From an uncultured Alphaproteobacteria bacterium (lineage in GTDB: Bacteria > Pseudomonadota > Alphaproteobacteria > HIMB59 > GCA-002718135), in assembly GCA_902540265.1 (NCBI GenBank), contig CACBLW010000004.1, positions 12,901-76,900 of the forward strand: a stretch of DNA of 64,000 nucleotides, read 5' to 3'. Below, piece by piece: positions 11,489 through 20,821 of the stretch. Made by a program: the position numbers and the translations under genes. Positions within the stretch are counted from its first letter, which is position 1. Every line of letters begins with the position of its first letter. Below the pieces are notes generated by a model that saw only the letters and a program-made list of their open reading frames with translations, searched no databases and was not told the DNA's origin.

Positions 11489-12820
11489 TTATTTATTATT
11501 TATACCAGGTATCCAAGTAGTCCCAGCTAAAGGCACTCTTGCCATTGCTGCAGCTTCAATTGTTAAGGCGCACAAATCTTCAGGCTCTAAATTATGTAGG
11601 CTATTTTTTCCACACGATCTAGCTAGTGTCTGAGCTTCTAACGTCATTACTTTTAAATAATTTGATAGTTTTTTCCCAGCTTTTATTGGATCTAACCTTT
11701 TCATTAATTTTGGATCTTGAGTCGAAATACCTGCAGGATCATTTCCTTCATGCCAATCATCATATGCACCAGCAGTAGTTCCAAGTTTATTATAATCTTT
11801 TTCCCATTTAGGATCATTATCTCCAATAGCAATCATTGCTGCGCTACCAATTGAAACTGCGTCTGCTCCTAAAGCTAATGCTTTAGCTACATCAGCTCCA
11901 TTTCTTACACCACCAGATATAATTAATTGAACTTTCCTATGCATATCTAAATCTTGAAGAGCATCAACAGCTGGTCTAATGCATCCCAAAGTTGGTTGAC
12001 CAACATTTTCTATAAATACTTCTTGAGTTGCAGCAGTTCCACCTTGCATGCCATCTAAAACAACAACATCTGCTCCAGCTTTAATTGCTAACGCTGTATC
12101 ATAATAAGGCCTTGATCCTGCAATTTTTACAAATATTGGTACATTCCACTTAGTAATTTCTCTTAATTCTAAAATTTTGATTTTTAGATCATCTGGTCCA
12201 GTCCAATCTGGATGTCTGCATGCAGAACGTTGATCAACTCCTTTAGGTAATGTTCTCATTTCAGCTACTCGATCACTAATTTTTTGACCCAAAAGCATCC
12301 CGCCTCCACCTGGCTTTGCACCTTGCCCTATTACTACTTCTATTGCGTCTGCTTTTCTTAAATCATCAGGATTCATTCCATATCTGGATGGTAAAAGTTG
12401 ATAAACTAGAAGTTTTGACTGTCCTCTTTCTTCTGGTGTCATACCTCCATCACCAGTTGTTGTAGATGTACCTGCAGTACTAGCACCACGTCCTAAAGCC
12501 TCTTTCGCTGATCCTGATAATGCTCCAAAACTCATTCCTGCAATTGTTATTGGTATTTCAAGTTCTAAAGGTTTTTTTGCATACCTTGTACCTAATGTAA
12601 CATTTGTTGAACATTTCTCTCTATATCCTTCCAAAGGATATCTAGATATAGATGCTCCTAAAAATAAAAGATCATCAAAATGAGGAAGTCTTCTTTTAGA
12701 TCCTCCTCCTCTTATATCATAAATTCCTGTTGCAGCCGCTCTTCTAATTTCAGAATTTGTGTATTCATCAAAAGTCCAAGACTGTCTTGGTAATGTTTTT
12801 TTATTTTTTTTCATATTCAA
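11489..12820 (-). CDS. mgsC: glutamate-synthase FMN-domain protein (N-methylglutamate synthase subunit C-like)
   Basis: 443 aa homologous to GltB domain 2, with GQGAKPGGGG and ISGGVRNG segments. Confidence 0.7.
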   Translation of the reverse strand: MNMKKNKKTLPRQSWTFDEYTNSEIRRAAATGIYDIRGGGSKRRLPHFDDLLFLGASISRYPLEGYREKCSTNVTLGTRYAKKPLELEIPITIAGMSFGALSGSAKEALGRGASTAGTSTTTGDGGMTPEERGQSKLLVYQLLPSRYGMNPDDLRKADAIEVVIGQGAKPGGGGMLLGQKISDRVAEMRTLPKGVDQRSACRHPDWTGPDDLKIKILELREITKWNVPIFVKIAGSRPYYDTALAIKAGADVVVLDGMQGGTAATQEVFIENVGQPTLGCIRPAVDALQDLDMHRKVQLIISGGVRNGADVAKALALGADAVSIGSAAMIAIGDNDPKWEKDYNKLGTTAGAYDDWHEGNDPAGISTQDPKLMKRLDPIKAGKKLSNYLKVMTLEAQTLARSCGKNSLHNLEPEDLCALTIEAAAMARVPLAGTTWIPGINNK

Positions 12821-13500
12821 TAACTTGATACATTATCTATTTTAAAATTATAAAGTTTTCTGGCTGAACCATATCTTTTAAAATCTTTAGTTTTTAACTT
12901 TTCTAACTTAGCTTTTTTTAAAAGTTTTTCCAATTTCTTTAAATGTTTATTGTCCATTTTTTTTTCTATGCAATCAGCTCCTAAAGATTTAACTTTTCCT
13001 CTAATATAAATATCTGTTTCATATAAACTATCACCTAATGCCTCACCTGCATTACCGCAAACAATTAAATTACCTGACTGGGCCATAAAAGCGGACATAT
13101 GTCCCACAGAACCTTTTACAACAATATCAATTCCTTTCATTGAAATTCCACATCTAGAACTTGCATCTCCATCAATGATTAAAAATCCTCCGTGTGCTGT
13201 AGCACCTGCGGATTGAGAAGCATTTCCCTTTACGTGAATTTTTCCAGACATCATATTTTCAGCAACACCCGTTCCTGCATTTCCCTCTACAGTAATATTT
13301 GCATTTTGATTCATTCCACCACAATAATATCCCACGTGACCTTTTATAGTTATATCAATGTCGTCAGTTAAACCCACACAAATTGCATGATTTCCCTCTG
13401 GATTTAAAATTGTATAATTTTTATTATTTTTTTTTGGATCGATAGATTGCAACGTTTCATTTACTTTTCTAAGTTTCAATTTTTTTAAATCTAATTTCAT
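12817..13500 (-). CDS. mgsB: GXGXG-motif glutamate-synthase domain 3 protein (N-methylglutamate synthase subunit B-like)
   Basis: 227 aa with repeated G-x-G-x-G beta-helix segments (GHVGYYCGGM, GNAGTGVAENM, GNAGEALGDS). It overlaps mgsC by 4 nt. Confidence 0.7.
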   Translation of the reverse strand: MKLDLKKLKLRKVNETLQSIDPKKNNKNYTILNPEGNHAICVGLTDDIDITIKGHVGYYCGGMNQNANITVEGNAGTGVAENMMSGKIHVKGNASQSAGATAHGGFLIIDGDASSRCGISMKGIDIVVKGSVGHMSAFMAQSGNLIVCGNAGEALGDSLYETDIYIRGKVKSLGADCIEKKMDNKHLKKLEKLLKKAKLEKLKTKDFKRYGSARKLYNFKIDNVSSY

Positions 13501-14381
13501 TAATTACCCCAAGAATATACAATACCTGGTTGAGGCTCAAAAATGTTAGCTATATTAACACTAGGTAAATGTGCCATTGCTTGAAACTCTGATGCAATAG
13601 CAACGTAGTCTTTTGTTTCTGAAATAACAGCAGGTTTGCAAGCAATTTCATCTCTCACTATAGCAAACCCTTTTTTAGTTCCCGTAATAAAAGTGTAAAA
13701 TCCATCTAAGTCACTTAAAGCACTTTCTAGCGTCTCTTTTAAATTTTTTTTATTTGATAAATGGTTTGAAATATATCCTGCTGCAACTTCAGTATCATTT
13801 TCTGACTTAAAATTTATCCTTCTTTTAATTAAATCTCTACGTAAATTATTATGATTTGATAATGATCCATTATGGACTAAGCATTCATCAGACCCTGTTG
13901 AGTAGGGGTGAGATCCGTCAGTTGTTATAGCACTTTCTGTTGCCATTCTTGTATGACCTATAGCATGCGTGCCACTAAATTTTTCTAAATTGAATTTTTT
14001 TACTACATCTTTTGGATTTCCAATTTGTTTAAATATTTCAATAGATCTTCCATAACCAACTAAAGAAATTTCTTTAATTTCATTTAAAATAGATAGTACT
14101 TTATTAGGGTTTTCTTTAGAGCTTAAAATTGCGTGATCTGAATTTTTTAAGATTGAATTATATTTAATTTTTTTTGAAATATCTTTTTTAAATTTTTCAA
14201 ATACTAAATTATTAATACAAATTGAGTATTTAAATTCCTCTTTTTTTTCTTTTTTATAAATTGCAAAACCAGCACTATCAGGTCCTCTAGATTCCATATT
14301 TACTAACATTCCAGATAGCATTTTACCCAAATCTTTCTCAAACTTTTTTGATTTTAGATATATTCCAACTATTCCACACAT
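13500..14381 (-). CDS. mgsA: class II glutamine amidotransferase-like protein (N-methylglutamate synthase subunit A-like)
   Basis: 293 aa with the N-terminal MCGIVG Ntn nucleophile. It overlaps mgsB by 1 nt. Confidence 0.7.
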   Translation of the reverse strand: MCGIVGIYLKSKKFEKDLGKMLSGMLVNMESRGPDSAGFAIYKKEKKEEFKYSICINNLVFEKFKKDISKKIKYNSILKNSDHAILSSKENPNKVLSILNEIKEISLVGYGRSIEIFKQIGNPKDVVKKFNLEKFSGTHAIGHTRMATESAITTDGSHPYSTGSDECLVHNGSLSNHNNLRRDLIKRRINFKSENDTEVAAGYISNHLSNKKNLKETLESALSDLDGFYTFITGTKKGFAIVRDEIACKPAVISETKDYVAIASEFQAMAHLPSVNIANIFEPQPGIVYSWGN

Positions 14382-14664
14382 AAAATTAATTAAATTAAAG
14401 ACAATAAAATCTTTATAGTAAATCTCGTTTACTAATACAATAACGATGATTGCCGCATAGAAAACATACTTAGCTTTATGTCATATAATTCATTTCACTA
14501 TACTAGGTTTTCATTTTCATCTTGATTTAAAATTGCAAATATAGCTAATAGTTTCCCAATAAGTGTATAAAATTTGTACCTTTAATTTTTATTATTTTTG
14601 TAATTTAAACATTTTTATTCCCATTATTTCTTGTTTTTTCTAATACTTTCCTTATAAGCGGGGA

Positions 14665-14850
14665 ATGACACCAAGTATATGGCAATTATTAATTGTACTC
14701 GTTATAGTTCTACTTCTTTTCGGTAGAGGTAAGATACCTCAACTAATGGGTGATATGGCAAAAGGGATCAAATCATTCAAAAGAGGAATGTCTGACGAAG
14801 AAAAAAAAGAAGATAAAAATTTAGAGAATAAAAACGACGAAGAAAAGTAA
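14665..14850 (+). CDS. tatA: twin-arginine translocase subunit TatA/E
   Basis: 61 aa with an N-terminal TM helix followed by the [21 protein letters not shown] amphipathic helix. Confidence 0.9.
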   Translation: MTPSIWQLLIVLVIVLLLFGRGKIPQLMGDMAKGIKSFKRGMSDEEKKEDKNLENKNDEEK

Positions 14851-14855
14851 ATATA

Positions 14856-15170
14856 ATGTTTACTTTTGGTTGGAGTGAAATTTTCTTAATTGGAATAATA
14901 GTTGTAGTAGTAATTGGTCCTAAAGATCTACCAAAATTCATTAAACAAGTCGGATCACTCTCTAAATATATCAAAAAAATTTCAACAGAATTTAAATCTT
15001 CTTTAAATGAAATAGCAGACGAAGAAGAAATCAAAGAGTTAGCAAAATCTGTTAAAGAAGTTAAAAAAATTAAAGATGGCATTAATATCAAAAAAAATTT
15101 TGAAAATGAAATTAAAGAAGTTCAGGAAACAGTAAAAATGACTGAGGATGAATTTTCAAATAAAAAATAA
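14856..15170 (+). CDS. tatB: twin-arginine translocase subunit TatB
   Basis: 104 aa with the same TatA/B fold (FGWSEIFLIGIIVVVVIGPKDLP). It lies between tatA and tatC. Confidence 0.85.
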   Translation: MFTFGWSEIFLIGIIVVVVIGPKDLPKFIKQVGSLSKYIKKISTEFKSSLNEIADEEEIKELAKSVKEVKKIKDGINIKKNFENEIKEVQETVKMTEDEFSNKK

Positions 15171-15185
15171 TTTATAGATTTTGTA

Positions 15186-15941
15186 ATGGCTGAAGAAAAA
15201 TTTGAAGAAATGTCTCTTATAGGACATCTTACTGAGTTACGAAAAAGACTATTGTGGAGTTTTTTATATATTTTACTAATTTTTATTGTTTGTTTTTACT
15301 TTGCAGATGAATTATTTGCTTTTTTAGCTAGTCCTCTTGTAGAGCTGTTCGATAAAGATAATGGCCAAGGGTTTATATATACTGCTTTACAAGAAGCTTT
15401 TTTTACAGAATTAAAAATAGCATTTTTCTTTGCTTTATTTTTTTCATTCCCATTAATTGCAATACAAATATGGAGATTTATTGCACCCGGATTATACAAA
15501 AAGGAGAAGAGAGCTTTTTTACCATACTTAGTTGCGACTCCAATTTTATTTTTTGCAGGTGGCTCAATGGTTTATTATATTATTGCGCCATTGGCATGGT
15601 CTTTTTTCTTATCATATCAAAATCTCGGATCTAGTGGCGTTCCTATTCGATTAGAAGCTAAAATGGGAGAATATTTATCTCTAATGATGCGATTTATTTT
15701 TGCTTTTGGTTTAGCATTTCAGCTACCAGTTGTTTTATCTTTAATGGCAAGAGTAGGTATAGTTACTTATGAGTCTCTTAAAAAATTTAGAAAATATGCA
15801 ATTGTGTTAGCTTTTTTATCGGCTGCTTTTCTAACACCACCTGATCCATTTAGTCAAATTAGTTTAGCACTACCAATTATATTTTTATACGAAGTTTCAA
15901 TTTATATTGCAAAACTAATTCAAAAAAATAAAGATAAGTAA
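15186..15941 (+). CDS. tatC: twin-arginine translocase subunit TatC
   Basis: 251 aa, six TM helices, and the HLTELRKRLL N-terminal signature. Confidence 0.92.
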   Translation: MAEEKFEEMSLIGHLTELRKRLLWSFLYILLIFIVCFYFADELFAFLASPLVELFDKDNGQGFIYTALQEAFFTELKIAFFFALFFSFPLIAIQIWRFIAPGLYKKEKRAFLPYLVATPILFFAGGSMVYYIIAPLAWSFFLSYQNLGSSGVPIRLEAKMGEYLSLMMRFIFAFGLAFQLPVVLSLMARVGIVTYESLKKFRKYAIVLAFLSAAFLTPPDPFSQISLALPIIFLYEVSIYIAKLIQKNKDK

Positions 15942-17203
15942 TGCATAATATTAATTTTATCAGAGAAAATCCTACTGAGTTTGACAACTATATGAAACAA
16001 AGGGGAGAAAAACCAATATCAAATAAAATTTTAGAACTAGATAAAATTAAAAGAGAGACTCAGACTGTCCTTCAGAATCTTTTAGCTGAAAGAAACTCTA
16101 TTTCAAAAAATATTGGAAAACTTAAAAGTGAAAATAAAGATGCCTCATCAGAAATGAGTAAAGTAGATGAAATTAAAAATAAAATTAATAATTTAAAAGA
16201 ACTTGAGACAATTAAAAATGAGGAACTAAAAACTATCCTCTCTAGACTTCCAAATATAGCTGATAAAACTGTTCCTATTGGCATTAATGAAGCAGACAAC
16301 ACAAAGTATAGAGAATGGGGTGAAAAACCAGGATTTGATTTTAATCCTAAAACACATTTTGAATTAGGGGAAAATTTAGGTTTAATGAATTTTGAAACTG
16401 CATCTAAATTATCAGGATCTAGATTTGTTTTATTAAAGAATCAACTTTCTAAACTGGAAAGAGCAATAGCAAATTTTATGTTAGATAAACATACGAATGA
16501 AAATGGCTATATTGAATATAATTTACCTTTTTTGGTAAAAGATTCTTCTCTTTTTGGAACAGGTCAATTGCCTAAATTTGGTGAAGATTTATTTACTGCT
16601 GGGGAAGATCATTGGTTAATACCAACCGCTGAAGTTCCTTTAACAAACATGGTTAGAGAAGAAATACTCAACCAAAATCAATTACCCATGAGAGTAACCT
16701 CTTATACACCTTGTTTTAGATCAGAGGCTGGTGCTGCAGGTAAGGATACTCGCGGTATGTTAAGACAACATCAATTTACTAAAGTTGAATTAGTTTCAAT
16801 AGTTGAACCACAACATTCACAAGATGAATTAGAAAGAATGCTTGAAAGCGCTGAGAGTATTCTTCAAGATTTAGATATTCATTATAGGATTATGACTTTA
16901 TGTACTGGTGATATGGGATTTTCAGCATCAAAAACATACGATATTGAAGTTTGGCTTCCAGGTGAAAATACTTATAGAGAAATTTCAAGCTGTTCTAATT
17001 GTAATGATTTTCAAGCTAGAAGAATGAATACAAGATATAAATTAGAAAATAAAAATATTTTTGTTCATACACTAAATGGATCTGGGTTAGCAGTAGGAAG
17101 AACACTAATTGCTATTCTTGAAAATTATCAAATGAAAGATGGAAATATTAAAATTCCAGAAGTTTTGAAAAAATATTTCAATAATTCTGATACTCTTATC
17201 TAG
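15941..17203 (+). CDS. serS: seryl-tRNA synthetase
   Basis: 420 aa with an N-terminal coiled-coil arm and class II motifs (FRSEAG, GSGLAVGRTLIAILEN). Confidence 0.93.
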   Translation: MHNINFIRENPTEFDNYMKQRGEKPISNKILELDKIKRETQTVLQNLLAERNSISKNIGKLKSENKDASSEMSKVDEIKNKINNLKELETIKNEELKTILSRLPNIADKTVPIGINEADNTKYREWGEKPGFDFNPKTHFELGENLGLMNFETASKLSGSRFVLLKNQLSKLERAIANFMLDKHTNENGYIEYNLPFLVKDSSLFGTGQLPKFGEDLFTAGEDHWLIPTAEVPLTNMVREEILNQNQLPMRVTSYTPCFRSEAGAAGKDTRGMLRQHQFTKVELVSIVEPQHSQDELERMLESAESILQDLDIHYRIMTLCTGDMGFSASKTYDIEVWLPGENTYREISSCSNCNDFQARRMNTRYKLENKNIFVHTLNGSGLAVGRTLIAILENYQMKDGNIKIPEVLKKYFNNSDTLI

Positions 17204-17829
17204 TGCTTGATGTAAGGAAAATAAGATTGATACTCGAGTTACGAGAGTCAGGTATTAGTAATTCCGAAGTTCTCTCTGCAATAGAAAAAATTCCAAGAGA
17301 AAAGTTTATTAGTGAAGCTTACAGAAATCAAGCTTATGAAAATATAGCTTTACCAATTGAAAATAATCAAACAATTAGTCAGCCCTACGTTGTAGCAAGG
17401 ATGACTGAATTACTTAATGTTAAAAGTAACCACAAGGTATTAGAAATAGGTACTGGTAGCGGATATCAGTGTGCAGTATTATCAATCTTGGCAAGGCGAG
17501 TATACACGATTGAAAGAATTAAAAATTTACATGAAGGTTCTAATAATATTTTTGAAAAATTAAAATTAACTAATATTGTTTCAAAATACGATGATGGTAA
17601 TAAAGGTTGGATTGAACAAATACCTTTTGATAGAATAATATTTACAGCTGCATCAAAAAAAATAAATAATGAAATTTTTTCTCATATTAAAAATGAAGGA
17701 ATTATTGTTTGTCCAATTGTTAAAAATAACAAGCAAATACTTGTAAAATATATAAAACAAAATAATAAAATTATTTCTGAAGAATATGATGATGTTTTAT
17801 TTGTTCCAAATCTTCATGGTGTAGTATAG
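17203..17829 (+). CDS. pcm: protein-L-isoaspartate O-methyltransferase
   Basis: 208 aa with a GTG start sharing 1 nt with the serS stop. It has the QTISQPYVVARM and VLEIGTGSGYQ SAM-binding motifs. Confidence 0.88.
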   Translation: MLDVRKIRLILELRESGISNSEVLSAIEKIPREKFISEAYRNQAYENIALPIENNQTISQPYVVARMTELLNVKSNHKVLEIGTGSGYQCAVLSILARRVYTIERIKNLHEGSNNIFEKLKLTNIVSKYDDGNKGWIEQIPFDRIIFTAASKKINNEIFSHIKNEGIIVCPIVKNNKQILVKYIKQNNKIISEEYDDVLFVPNLHGVV

Positions 17830-19187
17830 CTACTTCGAATATTTCGAATTTTATTTGAGGAATAAAAATAATATAAGATACCAATTATCCAATGAACAAG
17901 AGTTAACCCAATAAACATATAGATATAGTTTTCTTCTATAAAGTTATTTACAAATAATATTACAATTATAGGCACCAATACAAACCTAAGTATGGCCATA
18001 TACATTACTATTATTGCTTTTTTTAGTCCTTGGAATGAAGCATTAGAAATAAAGAAGAATGGAAAAGCTGGAAAACCAAGTGCGTATATTTTAAGATATA
18101 TTGATCCATAGTAAATTACTTCTTTATCATCAGTAAATAATCTCATTGAATCTTCTGCAGTTATGAATAAAATTAATCCTGCTATGGTTAATATTATTAC
18201 ACCAGTAACCATAGCTTTATTGAAAGTTTCTAAAATTCTTTCATAGTTTTTAGCGCCAAAATTTTGACCCACAATTGCGGTTACTGCTGTACTTAATCCT
18301 AACAAGGGTAAGAAAAGCAGTTGTTCATATCTTCCAGCTGAAGAAAACCCTGCAATTGCATCATTACCAAAACGACTTACAAAAAATAATAATATATATG
18401 ATCCAAGAGCAATCATCATCAATCCTAATGCCGCTGGAATAGCCTGAAATGAAATTTCCTTAATTAAACTTAATTTAGGAATTAAATAATTATTTTTAAA
18501 GTTTTCAAAAATTTCTGTTCTATAAATTTTATATAATAAATATAACAGACCAATTATTTGAGATAATATGGTAGCTATTGCTATTCCAGTTATGCCCTTT
18601 GGCGCAAATAATTCAAAATTAATTATTTTTCCTGTAATTAATATTGGATTTAAAATTATATTAAGAAAAAAACTAAAAATTAAAACATTTCTGTAACTTT
18701 TAGTATCTCCTTGAGCTGATAAACAAGAATTACATACCATGAGTAAAAGAATTATGACTGATCCTAAATAAATTACGTTCATATACAATGATGAAAGTTT
18801 AAGGGTGTTTGGATCATCATTTATAGATTCTAAAATTATGTTCCCAAAATAAAATCCAAAAATAGTTATACCTAAGCCTACTAAAATTGTTACAACAAAA
18901 GATTGTGAAAATGCATGACTTGCTTTTTTAATATTTTTTTCTCCTAAAGAATTAGCAACATTACTTGTTGTAGCTATGCTCAGACCTATTCCAATTGCAA
19001 TAATTATAAAATATACTGGAAATGTTTGGCCAATAGCTGCTAAAGCTGTTTCAGAAATCATTCTACCTGCAAAAATAGTATCAACTAAAGAATAGAGATT
19101 ATTAAATATAGTTCCAATTGAGGCTGGCAAAGCAATTTTTATAAATAACTTATAGATATCTTCATCAAGTAAATTAATTTTTTTCAT
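17814..19187 (-). CDS. MATE family efflux transporter
   Basis: 457 aa, about 12 TM helices, MatE-type N-terminus. Its 3' end overlaps the pcm 3' end by 16 nt (convergent). Confidence 0.8.
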   Translation of the reverse strand: MKKINLLDEDIYKLFIKIALPASIGTIFNNLYSLVDTIFAGRMISETALAAIGQTFPVYFIIIAIGIGLSIATTSNVANSLGEKNIKKASHAFSQSFVVTILVGLGITIFGFYFGNIILESINDDPNTLKLSSLYMNVIYLGSVIILLLMVCNSCLSAQGDTKSYRNVLIFSFFLNIILNPILITGKIINFELFAPKGITGIAIATILSQIIGLLYLLYKIYRTEIFENFKNNYLIPKLSLIKEISFQAIPAALGLMMIALGSYILLFFVSRFGNDAIAGFSSAGRYEQLLFLPLLGLSTAVTAIVGQNFGAKNYERILETFNKAMVTGVIILTIAGLILFITAEDSMRLFTDDKEVIYYGSIYLKIYALGFPAFPFFFISNASFQGLKKAIIVMYMAILRFVLVPIIVILFVNNFIEENYIYMFIGLTLVHWIIGILYYFYSSNKIRNIRSSYTTP

Positions 19188-19189
19188 AT

Positions 19190-20020
19190 TTATAAATATC
19201 TTAATTTAAACCTAGTACTATTTTCTTCTTGTTTTAAAATATTTTGAATTTCTTGTATTACCTCTTTGAGGTTTTTCATTATAGATCTGTTTAAAAAATT
19301 TATTAATAATAAGCCACTTCCTTGCATTCCAATATTGTCTCCATATTTCATAATAGGAACTTCAACATTGATAATATTACTTATACCTTTTTTTCTAATA
19401 TTCTGAATAAAGGAGTCATTTTCCAAAATATTCAAAACTGGATACCATATTATGATTTTGGATTTTGAGAATAAATTATCAATATTATTTAATATTTCCT
19501 CTACTTTTTTAAAATCATCCTTTATTTCATATGATGGATCTATAAATACAAAATAATTCTTCTCTTTATTAACTTGATTAAAAATAAAATTAAATCCATC
19601 AGCATTTAAAATTTTAGCATTGGTATATTTGTTTAAGTTTTTTTTTAATAATTCATATTCATTATTGTGTAGTTCACAAAAAAATAATTTATCTTTTTCA
19701 TTAGCTATGGATGAAATAAATATAGGTGATCCAGGATAAAAATTATTTTTTCCAGTAATTTTAGAAATAGTTGAAAGATAATTTTTAATTAAAATGTTAT
19801 TACCTTTGTAATTTTGTATCTTTTTAATTCCTTCTTTATATTCTTTATTTTTATCCATATACTTTGATATATATTTATAAATTCCATTTCCAGAATGAGT
19901 ATCAACATAACTTATTGAATTATTTACTTTTTTTTCAAGATTGTATAAGTAAAGCATTATAATGTGTTTCATAACATCTGCATGATTTCCAGCATGATAT
20001 CCGTGTTTATAGCTAAGCAT
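19190..20020 (-). CDS. rlmJ: 23S rRNA (adenine2030-N6)-methyltransferase
   Basis: 276 aa. The N-terminal LSYKHGYHAGNHADVMKH segment is characteristic of RlmJ (DUF519). Confidence 0.8.
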   Translation of the reverse strand: MLSYKHGYHAGNHADVMKHIIMLYLYNLEKKVNNSISYVDTHSGNGIYKYISKYMDKNKEYKEGIKKIQNYKGNNILIKNYLSTISKITGKNNFYPGSPIFISSIANEKDKLFFCELHNNEYELLKKNLNKYTNAKILNADGFNFIFNQVNKEKNYFVFIDPSYEIKDDFKKVEEILNNIDNLFSKSKIIIWYPVLNILENDSFIQNIRKKGISNIINVEVPIMKYGDNIGMQGSGLLLINFLNRSIMKNLKEVIQEIQNILKQEENSTRFKLRYL

Positions 20021-20146
20021 AAAAATAAAAAAAAATGTTGAAATTAATTTCTTATTAGTTATTTAATGTTTTAAATTAATCAATATACAATATTTATATA
20101 AGTTAAATAAATTTAATCCCCCAATAATAAATAAGGAGAATATAAT

Positions 20147-20350
20147 ATGCCAAGTGGTAAAATTAAATGGTTTAATCCGACCAAAGGTTATGGATTTATA
20201 GAAAATGATGATGGAGGAAAAGATGTTTTTCTTCATGTCTCAGCTCTAGAAGCTGCTGGTATCGATACTTTAGAAGAAGGTATGCCAGTTGAATTTGAAA
20301 TCGGTGAAAACCGTGGAAAAGAAAACGCTATTAATATTAAGAAAAAATAA
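20147..20350 (+). CDS. cspA: cold-shock domain protein
   Basis: 67 aa with the RNP-1-like KGYGFI and RNP-2-like VFLHVS motifs. An AAGGAG Shine-Dalgarno precedes it, and the 126-nt upstream spacer is consistent with a csp leader. Confidence 0.9.
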   Translation: MPSGKIKWFNPTKGYGFIENDDGGKDVFLHVSALEAAGIDTLEEGMPVEFEIGENRGKENAINIKKK

Positions 20351-20357
20351 TATTTAA

Positions 20358-20585
20358 TTGAATTCAAACAAACTTTTAGAATGGATTGGCGTAACTACAG
20401 CTATCCTTTATTCCCTACTAGTTGCATTTAACATTGGTTTAGAATTTATTGGTTTTTCATTATTATTGCTATCAGCATTATTAATTGGAGTCTGGGCCTA
20501 TAAATTAAAACACAATGGGATATTGTTTTTACAATTTTTTTACGCTGGTGCAGGTATTATAGGAATGTATAGATGGTTTGGATAA
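20358..20585 (+). CDS. small three-TM membrane protein, unknown function
   Basis: 75 aa, hydrophobic, with a TTG start as given by the ORF track. The start codon is uncertain. Confidence 0.4.
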   Translation: MNSNKLLEWIGVTTAILYSLLVAFNIGLEFIGFSLLLLSALLIGVWAYKLKHNGILFLQFFYAGAGIIGMYRWFG

Positions 20586-20821
20586 AAATAGTTTTTTTAT
20601 TTTTGCTTTTACATTCTTCTATCGCTTATTCTGCTGAATTAAATGAAGAAGAAAAAATGTACTTTAATTTTGTTGACTTAAATAATGATGGAGTTATTTC
20701 TTATAAAGAAATTGAACAATCATTAAATCTACTCTTTCAAATTATAGATCTGAATCAAGATAATAAAATTTCTCAAAATGAGATAAATGAATTAAAAGGT
20801 ATAATTGAATCTTTAAAATGA
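20573..20821 (+). CDS. secreted EF-hand calcium-binding protein
   Basis: 82 aa with a signal peptide (MVWIKIVFLFLLLHSSIAYSA) and two canonical EF-hand loops (DLNNDGVISYKE, DLNQDNKISQNE). Confidence 0.7.
   Translation: MVWIKIVFLFLLLHSSIAYSAELNEEEKMYFNFVDLNNDGVISYKEIEQSLNLLFQIIDLNQDNKISQNEINELKGIIESLK

Noticed and set aside
14382-14664. Possible glutamine (glnA-type) riboswitch upstream of the GATase/GltS-like/GS-like operon
   Set aside because: Reading the minus strand, I could not find the conserved CGUUCA ... GGACGGAAGUAG ... GAAGGAACG core or a convincing three-stem fold. I kept it only as a long-spacer observation.
14777-15499. Minus-strand ORFs 14777-15091 and 15296-15499 overlapping tatA/tatB/tatC
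   Set aside because: They are antisense to the well-supported tat genes and have no motifs.
16072-16302. Minus-strand 76-aa ORF inside serS
   Set aside because: It is antisense to the serS coiled-coil region, and its Ser/Leu/Phe-rich product mirrors Lys/Glu codons on the coding strand.
20021-20146. Specific promoter or cold-box call in the csp leader
   Set aside because: The spacer length fits a csp 5'-UTR. However, candidate -35/-10 hexamers are indistinguishable from background in this AT-rich stretch, and I could not identify a cold-box consensus.
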